This document shows positions 40,969 through 56,470 of a stretch of 64,000 nucleotides of DNA, one piece after another. The stretch covers positions 233,368,001-233,432,000 of the forward strand of contig OZ024740.1 of the NCBI GenBank assembly GCA_964016885.1, written 5' to 3'. The notes under the pieces are model-generated. The model worked only from the letters and a program-made list of their open reading frames with translations, did no database searches and had not been told where the DNA came from. The position numbers and the translations under genes were made by a program. Numbering within the stretch: the stretch's first letter is position 1; every line of letters starts with the position of its first letter. The DNA is from Eledone cirrhosa (Eukaryota).

Positions 40969-41263
40969 TATATATATATAGCTTAAAATGGAGAGAGAAT
41001 AAGAAGAAAGAAAGAACGGAGGAGAGTTTTCCTAATCAGTTGTCTACTGGAAGTCTCGGATATTTCCACGCTTTAAAGACAAGATATCTACCGCCCAGTG
41101 TTTTCAAAAACTGGGTAAGTTATTGGGAAAACGGAGGAGGGAGAGAAGGAAAATAGAAGGGAAAAGGGAAGAAAAGAGAAAACAGCGATAAAAGCAACAA
41201 ACCGAGCAATATATATGGTTATACTGGGGATGGGAGAGTCATATTGTTATAATATTGCCAGAA

Positions 41264-41448
41264 ATAATTGTTTCTACTTTTGGCACAAGGCCAGCAATTA
41301 CCCAGTGTATTACTGGTACTTTATTTTATCGACCCCGTAAGGATGAAAGGCAAAGTTAACCTTGGCGGGATTTGAACTCAGAATGGCAAGGACCGTAACT
41401 CTATGCGTCAAAGCATGGCGTCCGACCCTCTACCGATACTGCCAATCC
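41264..41448 (-). mobile_element. Full-length young SINE
   Basis: Consensus match; TSD ccagaaataat. Confidence 0.92.
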
Positions 41449-41666
41449 CCAGAAATAATAACAGAACACACTCACTGTTTGGTTGGTTTTCGCTTCTGTA
41501 TCTTTTATATCTCCATAGTTAATTTATTTGGCAATCAGTGCTTATCACTAATTGACCAGCGGTTAAAAATACAGATATAAATATTTACTCTTTTAACTCT
41601 TTTAACTGTTTCAGCCATCCGGCTGAGGCCATGCTGGGGCACCGCCCTTGATTTATATATATAGTC

Positions 41667-41710
41667 TATCAAAGTTATTTCGTCGGATATATGCAACATC
41701 ATCAGTGATA
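41667..41710 (-). ncRNA. Type I hammerhead motif (diverged relative of the 36731 family)
   Basis: tatca-CTGATGA-tgttg..cgac-GAAA-taac-TT-tgata; NRF1-like GCGCATGCG ~75 nt upstream. Confidence 0.6.
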
Positions 41711-41925
41711 CTATTATGTTTCCTCCCATTGTATTGTAATGTCTACGACATTTTTATCCTTTTTTTTCTTGTCTCTGTCTCTGCGCATGCGTTTGTGTGT
41801 GTGTATAATGTTTGGTGTTTGTGTTCGCGTTTGAGTGTATGTATTTTTGTATATGTATATATATATATGAATATATGTATATAATATATATGTATATACT
41901 TTGTCTAATAATTCTTCAAACTTGC

Positions 41926-42010
<85 letters not shown>

Positions 42011-42172
42011 TATATATATATATATTTACGTAGACCACGGAGCGTATGTGCATAAACGCACCTGTACCGTGTCGTATTTGTGACAGTATTGTATAAGCTC
42101 AATGTACGAGAACAGAGCTGTTATATGTAAAAGAAATCAAAGAACGCCTACATACTCATACATTTTTTATTT

Positions 42173-42217
42173 GCTGACAATGTTTCATCCATACCATGGG
42201 GCAGGAATCATCAGAGC
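42173..42217 (-). ncRNA. Type I hammerhead ribozyme motif (GUC site)
   Basis: gct-CTGATGA-ttcc..ggat-GAAA-cattg-TC-agc, within element 42025-42790. Confidence 0.8.
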
Positions 42218-43449
42218 TTTATAAACAAAAATACAGTCTTGAGTATAAGCTCTACCAAGCTTAGTCACATGAACATTAGAAATACAATAGAGGGTAACAA
42301 GAGGGAGATCGGAAATGGGGAGTATGGAGAGGGTGCATAATGGGGTTGTTATTCAACACTACAGCTATATGTTAGGGTACTGGCAGATTTTTTCACAAGA
42401 TGCGGAAGCATGTGAGGGCACACAAAAACAAAAAGTATAAACAATAGTTAAAACGTATAATAATAAAGTAAAAGGAAAATAATAATATAATGAGATAAAC
42501 AAATTAAAAAAGAAAAAAGAAAAAATTTAAAGCACAAAAAAAACAGAGGAAGCTATGCGTTGGTCACTATAAATAACAGGTGATTTAGTTCTCCATAACT
42601 TAGAGTTATAGAAATACTAAGAGGCTCCCAAGGTACCTTCAGAAAGTCAAAATGGGATATTATTCCTCCCCATAGTATACATAATCAAGGTATACTAGTA
42701 GGTTACGGAATTACGTGGACCATGGGTGCTAAACCTGTATATAGACAGGCACCACATCAATACAAGCCAAACACAAGCAAAGCGTAGAAATCAACCACAT
42801 AAATAATCATTTAAATGAGGCTATAAGTTTAAAATGTAACTATGAAGAAATAATTGACAAATGATATGGACTATTTTCCGCGAGGAAGAATCAGATAAAA
42901 TTTATCTAGTCATTCCTTTTAGCCCGTAGAAATTAACTCGACAAGTAATCAACTAAACGGCGCTAGGTCTAAAATATAAGTTAGAAGAAAAAATGTATAT
43001 AAACTTTACCAAAATTCCTCTAGTTCCGACTGTTGACAGTTTTGCTCTTTTTTTTGTGGATATATCCGATCCCGGAATTATCCATGAGGCTTGGAGCTTG
43101 TCAAGTGACACCTCCTCGAGTTTTGACTACAATTTCTACAGTGATCACCGCCAGAAATGAATTAAAGAATTATCGGCTAGTGGTCAAATATGAAGGTTGT
43201 TATGGCCGATTGCCATGGAATTTATTTTAAAAGAATATTGTTTTAAGATTTCCCCTAAAAAAATTGCTTTTCGTTTTGTTTTGTTTCCATTTGATGACTT
43301 GTCCTTTGTTAATTTTCTTAAGTTTATTTACTAATGTGGCAAACGTGTTTTTCTCTTCTCCCTCATTTATTGTAGTGGCTTACATTTTCTAACATGAAGA
43401 AGCAGGTGATGATCGGTCACCGGCAGGGCACAGCTTCAAATCGGGCCGT

Positions 43450-43630
43450 AGGTTGGCAGTATCGGTAGAGGGTCGGACACCATGCTTGGACGCATAGAGT
43501 TACGACCCTTGCCATTCTGAGTTCAAATCCGGCCGAAGTTAATTTAGCCTTTCATCCTCACGGGGTCGGTAAAATAAAGTAATGCACAGGGTAATCGCTG
43601 GCCTAGAGCCAAAAGTAGAAATAATTATTA
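43450..43630 (+). mobile_element. Young SINE
   Basis: Consensus match. Confidence 0.88.
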
Positions 43631-43993
43631 ATGTTCGATATAACCCATACGTGCATATGCATATAAGTGTGTGTGTATGTATATATATGTGTGTATAAAT
43701 ATATGTGTGTATGTGTGCATACTTACATTTATGTATCAGCTGTGCTAGGGCGAGAAATAAAATTGTAATTTTATATATATATATATATATATATGTATAT
43801 GTGTATATATATATATTTATATATATATATATAAGGGGGCAAATGTATGTGTGCGTGTATATATTTGTTTGTTAATGTATGTATATAGGGAAGGATCCAA
43901 ATATCGTACAAGATACACGGTATATTCTGTATATATACCAAATACATATTATATATAAGAATGTGTATGTGTATATATGTATATATGTGTGTA

Positions 43994-44075
<82 letters not shown>

Positions 44076-44224
44076 ATATATATATATACTATGTATGTGT
44101 GTGTGTGTGTGTGTATATAATGCAATGAAATATCGATGATCGTCGGCAAATCACTGATGAGGGACTCATTTTATTACATGTTATCCATGTGCTACCTGCA
44201 GTATTTTTCTCTATATTTTATTAT

Positions 44225-44310
<86 letters not shown>

Positions 44311-44616
44311 GTGCGTGTGTCTGAATGTGTGACTGTAAACACCTGACCATTTTATAGGCTTCACCATCCTTTAACAGAACATGTTAATACAGCCAGTTAA
44401 ACAAACCCTTTGTTTGCTGATAAGTGACGAACCTTGATAATTAGGATACCCTGCATTTTTATCCTTCTGTAACACTATGTATTTTCTCTAAATATAGTTT
44501 TATTAAATAATCTATATTCTTTAAATCCATCATTCAATGACCTCCATCCATCCCAATCCCCACCTTCCACTACGAACAGAAAATGTATAAATACCACCAT
44601 ATCACGTTGACTGTCA

Positions 44617-44666
44617 GCTTTCCTGATGATTTCCTTCGAATGAAACAGATCTAGTCCTGTAGAAGC
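44617..44666 (+). ncRNA. Type I hammerhead ribozyme with a full stem III
   Basis: gctttc-CTGATGA-tttccttcgaat-GAAA-cag atctagtc ctg-TA-gaagc; tail hairpin 44688-44710; ends in (CA)n. Confidence 0.8.
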
Positions 44667-44743
44667 CATTTCTATATCAAAAACCTATACTCTGCTATGT
44701 ATTGAGTACCTTACATACTCTGGTTAACCCCGATTGAACGCGG

Positions 44744-44781
<38 letters not shown>

Positions 44782-44784
44782 ACA

Positions 44785-44863
<79 letters not shown>

Positions 44864-44965
44864 TTAGTTAAGCATAACAAGAGCACAAATTTAGCAAGGA
44901 AGACATTATTAAAAGATTGTCAACATAGTTTTAGTTTAATGTAAGGAATGTAGAGAATAATAATA

Positions 44966-45330
44966 ATAATTGTTTCTACCTTTTGGCACAAGACCAGCAA
45001 TTATCCCAGTACATTACTGGTACTTTATTTTATCGACCCCGTAAGGATGAAAGGCAAAGTAAACATCGGCGGAAATTGAACTCAGATCGTAAAGGGACGT
45101 AACTATGCTGGAAAGCATATCCTACCCTCTACCGATACTGCCAATTCACCTAATAATAATATTAATAATTGTTTCTACTTTTGGCACAAGGCCAGCAGGT
45201 ACTGGTACTTTATTTCATCGACCCCGTAAGGATGAAAGGCAAAGTTAACCTCAGCGGGATTTGAACTCAGGCCATAAAGGGCTATAAGTCTTTGCTGCAA
45301 AGCATGGCGTCAGACCCTCTACCGATACTG
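44966..45330 (-). mobile_element. Two tandem young SINEs
   Basis: Consensus matches at 44966-45150 and 45164-45330, in (TAA)n context. Confidence 0.9.
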
Positions 45331-45996
45331 ACGCCCGTTTACAATTGTTTCGCTACTCCATATAATGTTTCTGGATTAAATGATTATAGATCATTATTGA
45401 TCTGGTTCAGTTGAAGATAATTAACTTAGGTAAAATTGGAGCAGCTCATCGGAACTTCATAAAGGAATATAACTTAAAATAAAGAAAGAATGTTACATGA
45501 ATGTAATGTTCCATATATTGGTATTTCACTATGGTGTCCTGGGTATATCTATTGTCTGCCATAGGCGAGTAATATTCTTCTGTCGAGTCTGCATTATGTG
45601 AGATCTGCCTATGGGTAACAAGATGGCCGCCAATGGACATATTTATCTTACTAATTAGAGGGTGGTTTCAGGGGAAGTAATTCCTCGAGAAATTAGAAAT
45701 TGTGGGTAGTTTATAGTTAACTTATAGCCACCTAGCTGCCTTCCACTGCATATTGCACATTGAGCACATGCCTTTACTCTTTGGCTTCTAACTAATTCAC
45801 CAATCTCTCTACTCCTCCCCTATCTCCATCTCTCTCTTTAAGGTTGGTTACTCTTGAACTGTGTATATAGATATATATATGTATGTGTGTGTGTCTGTAT
45901 GTATACGTACATTTAAATATGCACTCTAGTATGTGCTTATAAATTACAAGTGTGGCATTATTATATATATATATGTATGTGTGTGTGTGTGTGTGT

Positions 45997-46055
<59 letters not shown>

Positions 46056-46671
46056 GAGAGAGAGAGAAAAATAGGACTGTCAATCATCAGTGATCTACTG
46101 GCCATCATAGGTATTTCTTCGCATTAAAGACCAGATACCTCTCTTTTTTTCTCTCTTTACGTCGCCTCACCTTCATGTGTGTTTACCTGTCTCTCTTTCT
46201 CCACCCAATTCTTTTTATCCCAATAACTAATTTTAGATATTGTTCGCGATAGCCTGAGGTATCTGGTCTTTAATGCGAAGAAATAACTATTAGGGCTAGT
46301 AGGTCACTGATGATCGATAGTCCTATTTCTAATTCTTCATTTTAATTTGTATATCACATCTTCAACAACACAGCACGCCATTTTTCATTCCTACATATAT
46401 ATATATATGCGGGCCTTGTGCCAAAAGTAGAAACAATTATATATACGGGCCAAAGGCAGCTACTTTTATTTGATACCCTGTCCAAGAAATCAAAGAATTA
46501 GAAAATGATCAATTCAATATTATTGATTTAAACCTAACCTTGGCAAACCTAAATACAAATTCGCCATAGGCAACCTGATTCAAAATATAATGTACAGAGC
46601 TACATAGAAATACATAATATGGGTGTGTATTGAGTATTTATTTAAAAATATTTCAGCCTGATATAGAAACG

Positions 46672-46734
<63 letters not shown>

Positions 46735-47026
46735 ATGCCAACTTAGCCGTAGAAACGGCTTGAGCTCTGCCGTCTGTGTCATACATTTTCCTATTACCCA
46801 CTACACTACCCTAAGCATTGAGTACTCTGGTGCGTTATGGTCCATCTGGTTCCTTACCACAACTCCTTCGTTATATACATATATATATATATATCCGTTG
46901 ACGGAGTACTCAAACCGAAGTTGAGTTCGAATATTCATTTATGTTAAGGCTAAAAACTCAGTCTTGTTATAAACAGGCGAAACTCCAGTTTAAGAAGACT
47001 CACTTTTTAACATAAATGAATATATA

Positions 47027-47115
<89 letters not shown>

Positions 47116-47238
47116 TTATTAAATTTAAATGTTGATTAGTCTATAATACATAAATCCCTCAGAGATGCAATATTATATATTAAAATTAAATGAGAAAAAC
47201 TCCCATTAAGAGTTTTATCTCATTTAACTTAATATATA

Positions 47239-47328
<90 letters not shown>

Positions 47329-47506
47329 AGGAGGTGAGTTTTATTGTAGTACAATAAAGCAATGCAGATATCGGATAAGTAGCACTCTACAGTTTGTAGG
47401 ACTGGAGTATAAATAATATATAAGATCAAAAGATGGTTAAAAGAGTTCCATGTATTGAAATGCGCATAATAAAATACATGGAACTCTTTTAACCATCTTT
47501 TGATCT

Positions 47507-47549
<43 letters not shown>

Positions 47550-47621
47550 TATATATACATATTTATATGTGTGATGGGTGTGTGTGTATTTACCTATATA
47601 TGATTATACCTTAACATATAC

Positions 47622-47705
<84 letters not shown>

Positions 47706-47756
47706 GCTTACATATTAGTGACTATGTAAATAACAAGAATGTTAACTTGATAACAT

Positions 47757-48117
47757 TGAGGGTCGGACGCCATGCTTTGGTGCATAGAGTTACGGCCCTT
47801 GCTATTCTGAGTTCAAATCCCACCGAGGTTTACTTTGCCTTTCATCCTTGCGGGGTCGATAAAATAAAGTACCAGTAATGCACTGGTGTAATTACTGGCC
47901 TTGTGCCAAAAGTAGAAACAATTATTATGTGGATTGGCAGTATCGGTAGAAGGTGGGACGCCATGCTTTGACGCAAAGAGTTACGGCCCTTGCCATTCTG
48001 AGTTCAAATCCCGCCGAGGTTAACTTACCTTTCATCTTTACGGGGTCGATAAAATAAAGTACCAGTAATACACTGGGGTAATAGCTGGCCTTGTGCCAAA
48101 AGTAGAAACAATTATTA
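47757..48117 (+). mobile_element. Two tandem young SINEs
   Basis: Consensus matches at 47757-47925 and 47928-48117. Confidence 0.9.
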
Positions 48118-48478
48118 TAACTGCACTGTAGATATGTATATAAAATCATACGGTGGTATTATGCTTATGCCAGTACAAATAAAACTGCCTCTCTCTATAT
48201 GTTCTATTACGTTTGTTTGTTTTCTATAGTGTTTAATATGCATTAAAGGTATGCCATGTTTACTATGATACATATCAAATTGGTTTTGTTACTTTCGCGC
48301 AATTGCTTCTAACAAGGCCTATAAAATTCCCTATAAAATATTGTATGAGATTTATTGAAATAATTACTCTTTTATGGGAATAATATATACGTGTATGTAT
48401 ATCTGCGTTGTTTGCCTCTGTGTCTATGCGTGTGTGTATGTACGACTACATGAGTGTGAATGCGTGTATGCGCGTATA

Positions 48479-48543
<65 letters not shown>

Positions 48544-48618
48544 TTGTATATATATATATTTGTATATATATATTTATGTGTATATATATATATATATTTA
48601 TATATATATGTATGTATA

Positions 48619-48714
<96 letters not shown>

Positions 48715-48794
48715 AATATATATATACAAATATATATATATACAAGTATATATATATATATGTATATATAAACTTATACGCGCATACACACATT

Positions 48795-48862
<68 letters not shown>

Positions 48863-49137
48863 AAACCATATTTATTCTATTATATATATTTCAAGGGTAC
48901 CAAAAATATATACATATATTTATACATATATATATAAATATATAAATAAAATATGTGTGTATGTGTTTGTATGCATCCATATGTGTAATAAGATATCCAT
49001 ACATTACGTGTGTGTATATATATATTCACATACATATACATACATGTTATATAGCTAGCTTTTGTGAATTTAATCTCAGACAAAACTTTCTCGCGAATCT
49101 AACAATGTTTAGATTTTAATTCATCGATTATATATCA

Positions 49138-49173
<36 letters not shown>

Positions 49174-49177
49174 CTTT

Positions 49178-49282
<105 letters not shown>

Positions 49283-49414
49283 CAGATGGATGTTTGTGAA
49301 ATGTATTTACTTTTGAACTGTAAACATACCACAATTCATAAATTCATATATTATATATAAATAGCCCATGTTGTAGATAATAAATCAATTGTTGTAGCTT
49401 TCCCCTGCAAAACA

Positions 49415-49503
<89 letters not shown>

Positions 49504-50026
49504 TATAGAAGGTGAGTAATATTGTAAAACAATAAAACTATGCATATATCAGATAAGTAGAACTCGACAGTTGGTAGAACTGGAGTATATATAATAAAGA
49601 TGAAATAAAAGGATGTTATAAGTGTTCCATATATTTTATTATACGTATTTCGAATACAAATTATATATACAGATTTAAGTATATACGCATACACGCACAC
49701 ACACACACATACAGATTTTGTATTCGAAATACGTATAATAAAATATACGGAACTCTTATAACCATCTTTTATTTCATCTTTATTATACATATATATCACG
49801 ATAAATTAAAGGAGCCATAGATTCTTGTTATTCCCTGTGAATTATATGCTCTAAGGAAAAGGAATCCTGAGCTCTTTAAAATACAATATGTTGAAAGGGT
49901 AACACACTAGAGAGAGAGAGAGAGAGATTGCTGTTTTATTGATGTCAGACGATCTCTCTCTCGCTCTCCCTCTCTCTTTCTCTCTCTCTCTAGTGTGTTA
50001 CCCTTTCACCATATTGTATATATATT

Positions 50027-50091
<65 letters not shown>

Positions 50092-50277
50092 TATATACAT
50101 ATAAATGAAGATGTACTATATATATATTTTCGTGTGAAAGTTATATAATTCTATGTATGTGTGGGTGTTATATATTTTTATTTTCAATGATTATTATATA
50201 TATATAGGTAGATATTTCTGTGTATTTGTATGTTTATGTATTTCCACGTCAATATATGTTTAAAAAAAATAGATTCA

Positions 50278-50323
<46 letters not shown>

Positions 50324-50349
50324 ATATGTATAATATATATATATATATA

Positions 50350-50878
50350 TATAAAATATTAAACAAATAATGAATAAACAATTCCTTATATTAAACAAAA
50401 AAAGTTCATTATTTAACGATCGTTTCTAGGGTATATATGTGTTATAATTGGTATGCATATTCAACAGATCTATGTACAAAATTATACAAAATTATACAAA
50501 TTATCAAGATTAAATATACATACCTAACACATATATACGCCGTTGAAGACGGCGTATATATGTGTTAGGTATGTATATTTAATCTTGATAATTTGTATAA
50601 TTTTGTATAATTTTGTACATAGATCTGTTGAATATGCATACCAATTATAACACATATATACCCTAGAAACGATCGTTAAATAATGAACTTTTTTTGTTTA
50701 ATATAAGGAATTGTTTATTCATTATTTGTTTAATATTTTATCTTGACTCTGTATACCGTTTATCTTTCACCGAAAGTGGATTTTCATTACATCTCTTCTT
50801 TCCATGATATCCGGAATACATTGAGTTCTTCATACGGATTGGACACTACCGTAAACTCTTGGTAGATTTATCTACATA
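50350..50878. mobile_element. 390-bp near-perfect palindrome plus tail, PLE-like terminus
   Basis: Centre cgccgttgaagacggcg at ~50545; GAAA-cgatcg-TT half motif; GACTCT..TTGAGT tail at 50745-50826 on the right arm only. Confidence 0.7.
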
Positions 50879-51149
50879 TATATATATATATATATATATG
50901 AATGAATCTATTGTTTTTAAACATATATTGACGCGGAAATACATAAACATACAAATACACAGAAATATCTACCTATATATATATAATAATCATATATATT
51001 TATATATATATATTATATATGTATATATATGTATTTATATATGTATATATATATATATATATAAGTAAATATATATGTAAATATATATATATATATATAT
51101 ACATGTATAAATATATATAAATATATATATATGCAAAAGTTCTATTTAA

Positions 51150-51426
51150 AATTGTTGGGATACAACAAGTAAATATTTTATAACTGATATAAAGCACTCG
51201 ACAAGTTTTGGGAGTAGATATACGATATTAATAAATGGAAACTATATTTATAAAACCATATTTATTTCATTATACATATTTCAGGGATACCAAATTAAAA
51301 TATGGTATGCCTTCATCAGACAAATTGTCTGATGAAGGCATACCATATTTTAATTTGGTATCCCTGAAATATGTATAATGAAATAAATATGGTTTTATAA
51401 ATATAGTTTCCATTTATTTAATATCG

Positions 51427-51430
<4 letters not shown>
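51150..51430. mobile_element. Palindromic HHR element with back-to-back ribozymes
   Basis: HHRs 51267-51323 (-) and 51325-51381 (+): ttgt-CTGATGA-aggcatacca..tggtatccct-GAAA-tatgta-TA-atga. Confidence 0.85.
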
Positions 51431-51467
<37 letters not shown>

Positions 51468-51638
51468 ATATATATATATATACATGTGTGTAGTGTATAT
51501 ATTTATATATATATATAAGTGAATATATATGTAAATATATATATATATACATGTATAACTATATATACATATATATATATATATATACTACACACACATG
51601 TATATATATGTATATATATATATATACATGTATATGTA

Positions 51639-51701
<63 letters not shown>

Positions 51702-51723
51702 ATATATATACATATATATATGC

Positions 51724-51795
<72 letters not shown>

Positions 51796-52082
51796 ATATA
51801 TGTATATATGTATTTGTGTATATATATGTATGTATATATATATATATATATACATACATGTATGTGTATATATATATATATATATAAAGATATATATATA
51901 TATTTACGTATTTATTCATTACGAATGGAACTCTGGTTCACGAACTTAATTCTTAAAGCTTTCGTCTCCCAGCTTGTCGCTAACCGTTGTTGTTGGCTTG
52001 ATTGTTCGTTACTCGAGACACCATTCGTCAACCGAGAGGTTTTCTGTTCGGAAAAGTGTTCACATACCGAGATTCTTATGTA

Positions 52083-52160
<78 letters not shown>

Positions 52161-52694
52161 AGAATGTATAGTAACATACATATATGTGTACAGGCGTACA
52201 GTAGTAAGTATATATATATACATGCATGCACACATATATATATGTACGTATGGGTTTACCCAACATTTATTATAATGTTCGGTTTGTTTGTAAACAAACA
52301 GCCAGAATTACGCCGTACAGTGCTCGGCAACCATCGTCGCCCTTTTGTTCAACACTGACTCACAACGATGTACTAGTTTCAAGCTTATTAGTTCAACCGA
52401 TGTGCTTCCATGATGTTTCTGTCAATTCAAATTCCCGTGTAAGGCATGTGTTGATCTAAGCCTATTTTATCGGATATGAAAGCAAAGACGGCCTAGTTGA
52501 GATTTGAACTCAGAACTTGGAAAGCATTTTATCCGACGCTCTACTGATACTGCCAATCAAACACCTTCATCTTCCACACACACACACAGACACACATACA
52601 CACACATATATATATATACACAAATATACCTATATATCTACATATATATATACATACTCATATATATATATATATACATATATATTATTATATC

Positions 52695-52875
52695 ATAATT
52701 GTTTCTACCTTTGGCACAAGGCCTGCAAACACCCAGTGCATTACTGGTACTTTATTTTATCGACCCCGTAAGGATGAAAGGCAAAGTGAACCTCGGCGGG
52801 ATTTGAACTCAGACCGTAAAGGGACGTAACTATGCTGGAAAGCATGGCGTCCGACTTTTTACCGATACGGCCAAC
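52695..52875 (-). mobile_element. Young SINE
   Basis: Consensus match. Confidence 0.9.
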
Positions 52876-53947
52876 ATGTTTATGCAACACGCCGTACATT
52901 AAAAAAACTGAAATAAAATTCATAGAATCTATACCAGATACCTAACTAAATTCTATTTTTATTATATAACCTCTGTGTGAAATGGTCAATTTACTTTGCC
53001 AAACCTGCATACATTCGATAATGTATATAAGTAATACATATTTATGCATAACACACCTTGTAATTTGATGACTGAAAATAAATTTACTTCAGAAATAATT
53101 CTTAACAGATATATTTTCCCCCTCGTATACAGAAATTTTTAAATCATATATTTACGCCTTTTACAGCTAGTTAAATATTTATTCATCACTAGTCTAACCG
53201 AAACAATAATTAAAATTTCCAGTATAATCATAATTATTGTTATTTTTTAAATTATTGTTGGTGATTTAAATGTCAGCCCTGGACAAGCATACCTATGGTT
53301 CTAAGACGTTAAAACCATGACGCTCACGAATTTTTATTTATTTATTTGGAATCTAGTATCAAGAACTACAGTAATAATTGTTTACAGTAATAAAAGTTTT
53401 CTGTACGATTTGAATTAGATTTGTCTGTTACATTAAGTAAAACGTTCGATGCAGTTGATATTTCTCCTTCGCTAGTAGGAGGCGAAACTATTAATCTTAA
53501 ATTTCCGATTCCGAAGGCCAGATTCTGACTTATCATCATCATCATCCAGATTTTGACTTACCATCATCATCCATGTCACCAAGATCGATAGCTATATTTG
53601 CAGATAAATAATAAACCTATGTGACTAAATTCATCATATCTCTCGCTTGTGTGAGTAGAGGGAATTATGTAGTTTTCATTGTTCTAATGAATATTAAGTA
53701 ATCCTCTTAAAAAAAACTGTAATTAAGTTAGTGATTGTTAACATAAAACATGGTCTGTTGTCGCTAATGCAGAAAACTTGTAAAATGTTCTGATAACGTC
53801 ATCTTTTATTTTTATTTTTACTATATCTTAAATTGTTCAATCTAAGGTCTAAGGTTATAATGATAGCTTAGTGAAATACCAGCACTACATTACATTGGGG
53901 ACCGCACATTGAGGCTCCTTTACAATAATCGTTGTATATACATGTAT

Positions 53948-54036
<89 letters not shown>

Positions 54037-54049
54037 CATTTACATACTC

Positions 54050-54092
<43 letters not shown>

Positions 54093-54241
54093 TATATGTA
54101 TTTGTGCTCGTGTATGTTTGTGTGTAAATATAGATAGGCACTGCTTTTTGTTTATTTTGTGGCAATAAAACATAACAGTGCTCAATAGGGCTTACGTTGG
54201 AGATGAGTAGACTCTGATATATGCTAATGTACATGAGATAA

Positions 54242-54315
<74 letters not shown>

Positions 54316-54409
54316 ATGCGTGTGTGTGTGTACATGATGCAATCGCAAATTACAACCGAAGTATATAAAATTAAATACGATGTTGACTTATGTGATAAAT
54401 GGGGTCGAG

Positions 54410-54451
<42 letters not shown>

Positions 54452-54609
54452 TTAAAGTTTAATTAGTCCCTAATAGTTAAACATCTCAATGATATATATA
54501 TATATATATATGTGTGCCTGTGTGTGTGTGTGTGCGTATATATATATATATATATATATTATGGATGAGATAACGAAGCTTCACTTTAGAGTGTTTTACT
54601 CCATATAGA

Positions 54610-54698
54610 ATGTTACATATGTTTCGCAGATAATCGGCTCAAGGTCTTAGTCGATATATTCGATCTAACTCTCTTGTATCGATTTGCTCATCAGGCAT
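54610..54698 (-). ncRNA. Hammerhead motif with a stem I mismatch
   Basis: atgc-CTGATGA-gca..tgc-GAAA-catatg-TA-acat; degenerate inverted arm at ~54745-54860. Confidence 0.55.
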
Positions 54699-54889
54699 AT
54701 AGATTTAAATGAAAACAATTCAAATTCCTTTTTATTTAAAACTACACGCCCGTTGAGCAGATAGGTATTGTAATTATGTCTGTACTAACAATATTATCCT
54801 CGAACCAATCATCTGCGAAGCCAATCATCTGTAACGTTTGATGTGTAATAAAAACCATTTAAGCATGCAACACACAGATACTGCGGGAA

Positions 54890-54947
<58 letters not shown>

Positions 54948-55140
54948 TTACCTGGGTCCTGTATTTTCCTTGCTCTAGTGATGCGGTCGGACTGCCGACT
55001 GCTATATCTAATTTGCTAAGCTGTCTGAACATAATGTTATACTCTGGGGTCTTACCTCATATGAGTGCTAAAGTTACAAACCGAATAAGCATACACGCTA
55101 GCTTGGCCGTATACTAAAGCTTCGTCTATGCTGTACTAAA

Positions 55141-55178
<38 letters not shown>

Positions 55179-55261
55179 ATTACTAACTTGAATGTTGGTC
55201 ATTCTAATCCCAAGTAATAAACTACACATACACACCCACACATGCACACACATGCACACAC

Positions 55262-55316
<55 letters not shown>

Positions 55317-55758
55317 CGCGTGTGTGTATTTATTAATGTCTGCGTGTGTGTGTGTGTTTGTTTGTGTGTATGTGTGTATGCATGTGTGTATGTATGTATA
55401 TGTATTACTAAGTTGAATGACGCTCCTCTGAATCTTAACTAATAAAATATCCCACAACGAGTAACGATCAATGACACCTTGTTTCCAAATATAGAAGAAT
55501 GTTGCGTCACCAAAAGTCTGAATCTACATAAATTCGGCAGATGAAACTTGCCTGTAAGATTAATGTGTAAAGAAAAAAAAAGAAAAAGAAAGAAATTAAA
55601 AACGAAATGCATGGCTGAAAATCCAAAACTATATGAAAGGCGAGTATATACTAGCGCTAATATTTGTTGTATTAATTCTCTTAATTCACACCAAACTTTT
55701 ATAAAAGGAAAGGCACATTGAATAGTGTAGTCATAATTACATTATGGTTAAAACATAG

Positions 55759-55935
55759 AGGATTGGCAGTATCGGTAGAGAGTCGGACGCCATGCTTTCC
55801 AGCATAGTTACATCCCTTTTCGGTCTGAGTTCAAATCCCGCCGAGGTTAACTTTGCCTTACGGGGGTCGATAAAATAAAAGTACCAGTAATGTACTGGGT
55901 AATTGCTGGCCTTGTTCCAAAAGTAGAAACAATTA
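55759..55935 (+). mobile_element. Full-length young SINE
   Basis: Consensus match; TSD attatggttaaaaca. Confidence 0.92.
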
Positions 55936-55949
55936 TGGTTAAAACAGTG

Positions 55950-56290
55950 GACGAAGGCATGACCGAGGGTTTAAGATGTTCGCTTCGCAATCACGAGGTA
56001 CCAGTTTCGAAACTCTTTCCTGATATCTTAGAAAAGTGTCTTTTATCATAGTTTTGGGTCAACTGAACCCTTGTGAGGGAAATTGAGGAGTCTAAAAGTT
56101 GTGGAAGAATATTGAATAGATTGTACTTATACCTCAGCTGTTCAGTATTGTGTATTGTGACACACTCATTCGGTTTGGAAATTACATTCGGAGTACACGG
56201 ATGTGTGGGATTCCCAATCTCTTACACGTTAATTCAGTAACTAGACTTTCACTAGATCGACGACTGAATGTTCATCTTTAACACCGACGG
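55950..56290 (+). mobile_element. Old diverged SINE
   Basis: Degenerate tRNA head and aagtgtcttttatcatag..gggtcaact..ccttgtgag body resembling the 630-848 family. Confidence 0.5.
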
Positions 56291-56383
56291 AGGATCTACC
56301 ATTATCCGGTTTTTAAAAAAATGACGAGATGGTCTCATCCTTTGATAAAGAAATAACTATTTGGTCAATAAACATTTTAATTT

Positions 56384-56470
56384 AATAATTGTTTCTACTT
56401 TAGGCACAAGGCCAGCAATTAACCAGTACATTACTGGTACTTTATTTTATCGACCCGTAAGGATGAAAAT
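56384..56470 (-). mobile_element. SINE 3' fragment
   Basis: Consensus 3' end; flanking duplication aacattttaatttaataat. Confidence 0.8.

Noticed and set aside
45446-45640. ORF with RQ..N..STEEYY reminiscent of hAT transposases
   Set aside because: Single short motif; no TIRs or further domains found.
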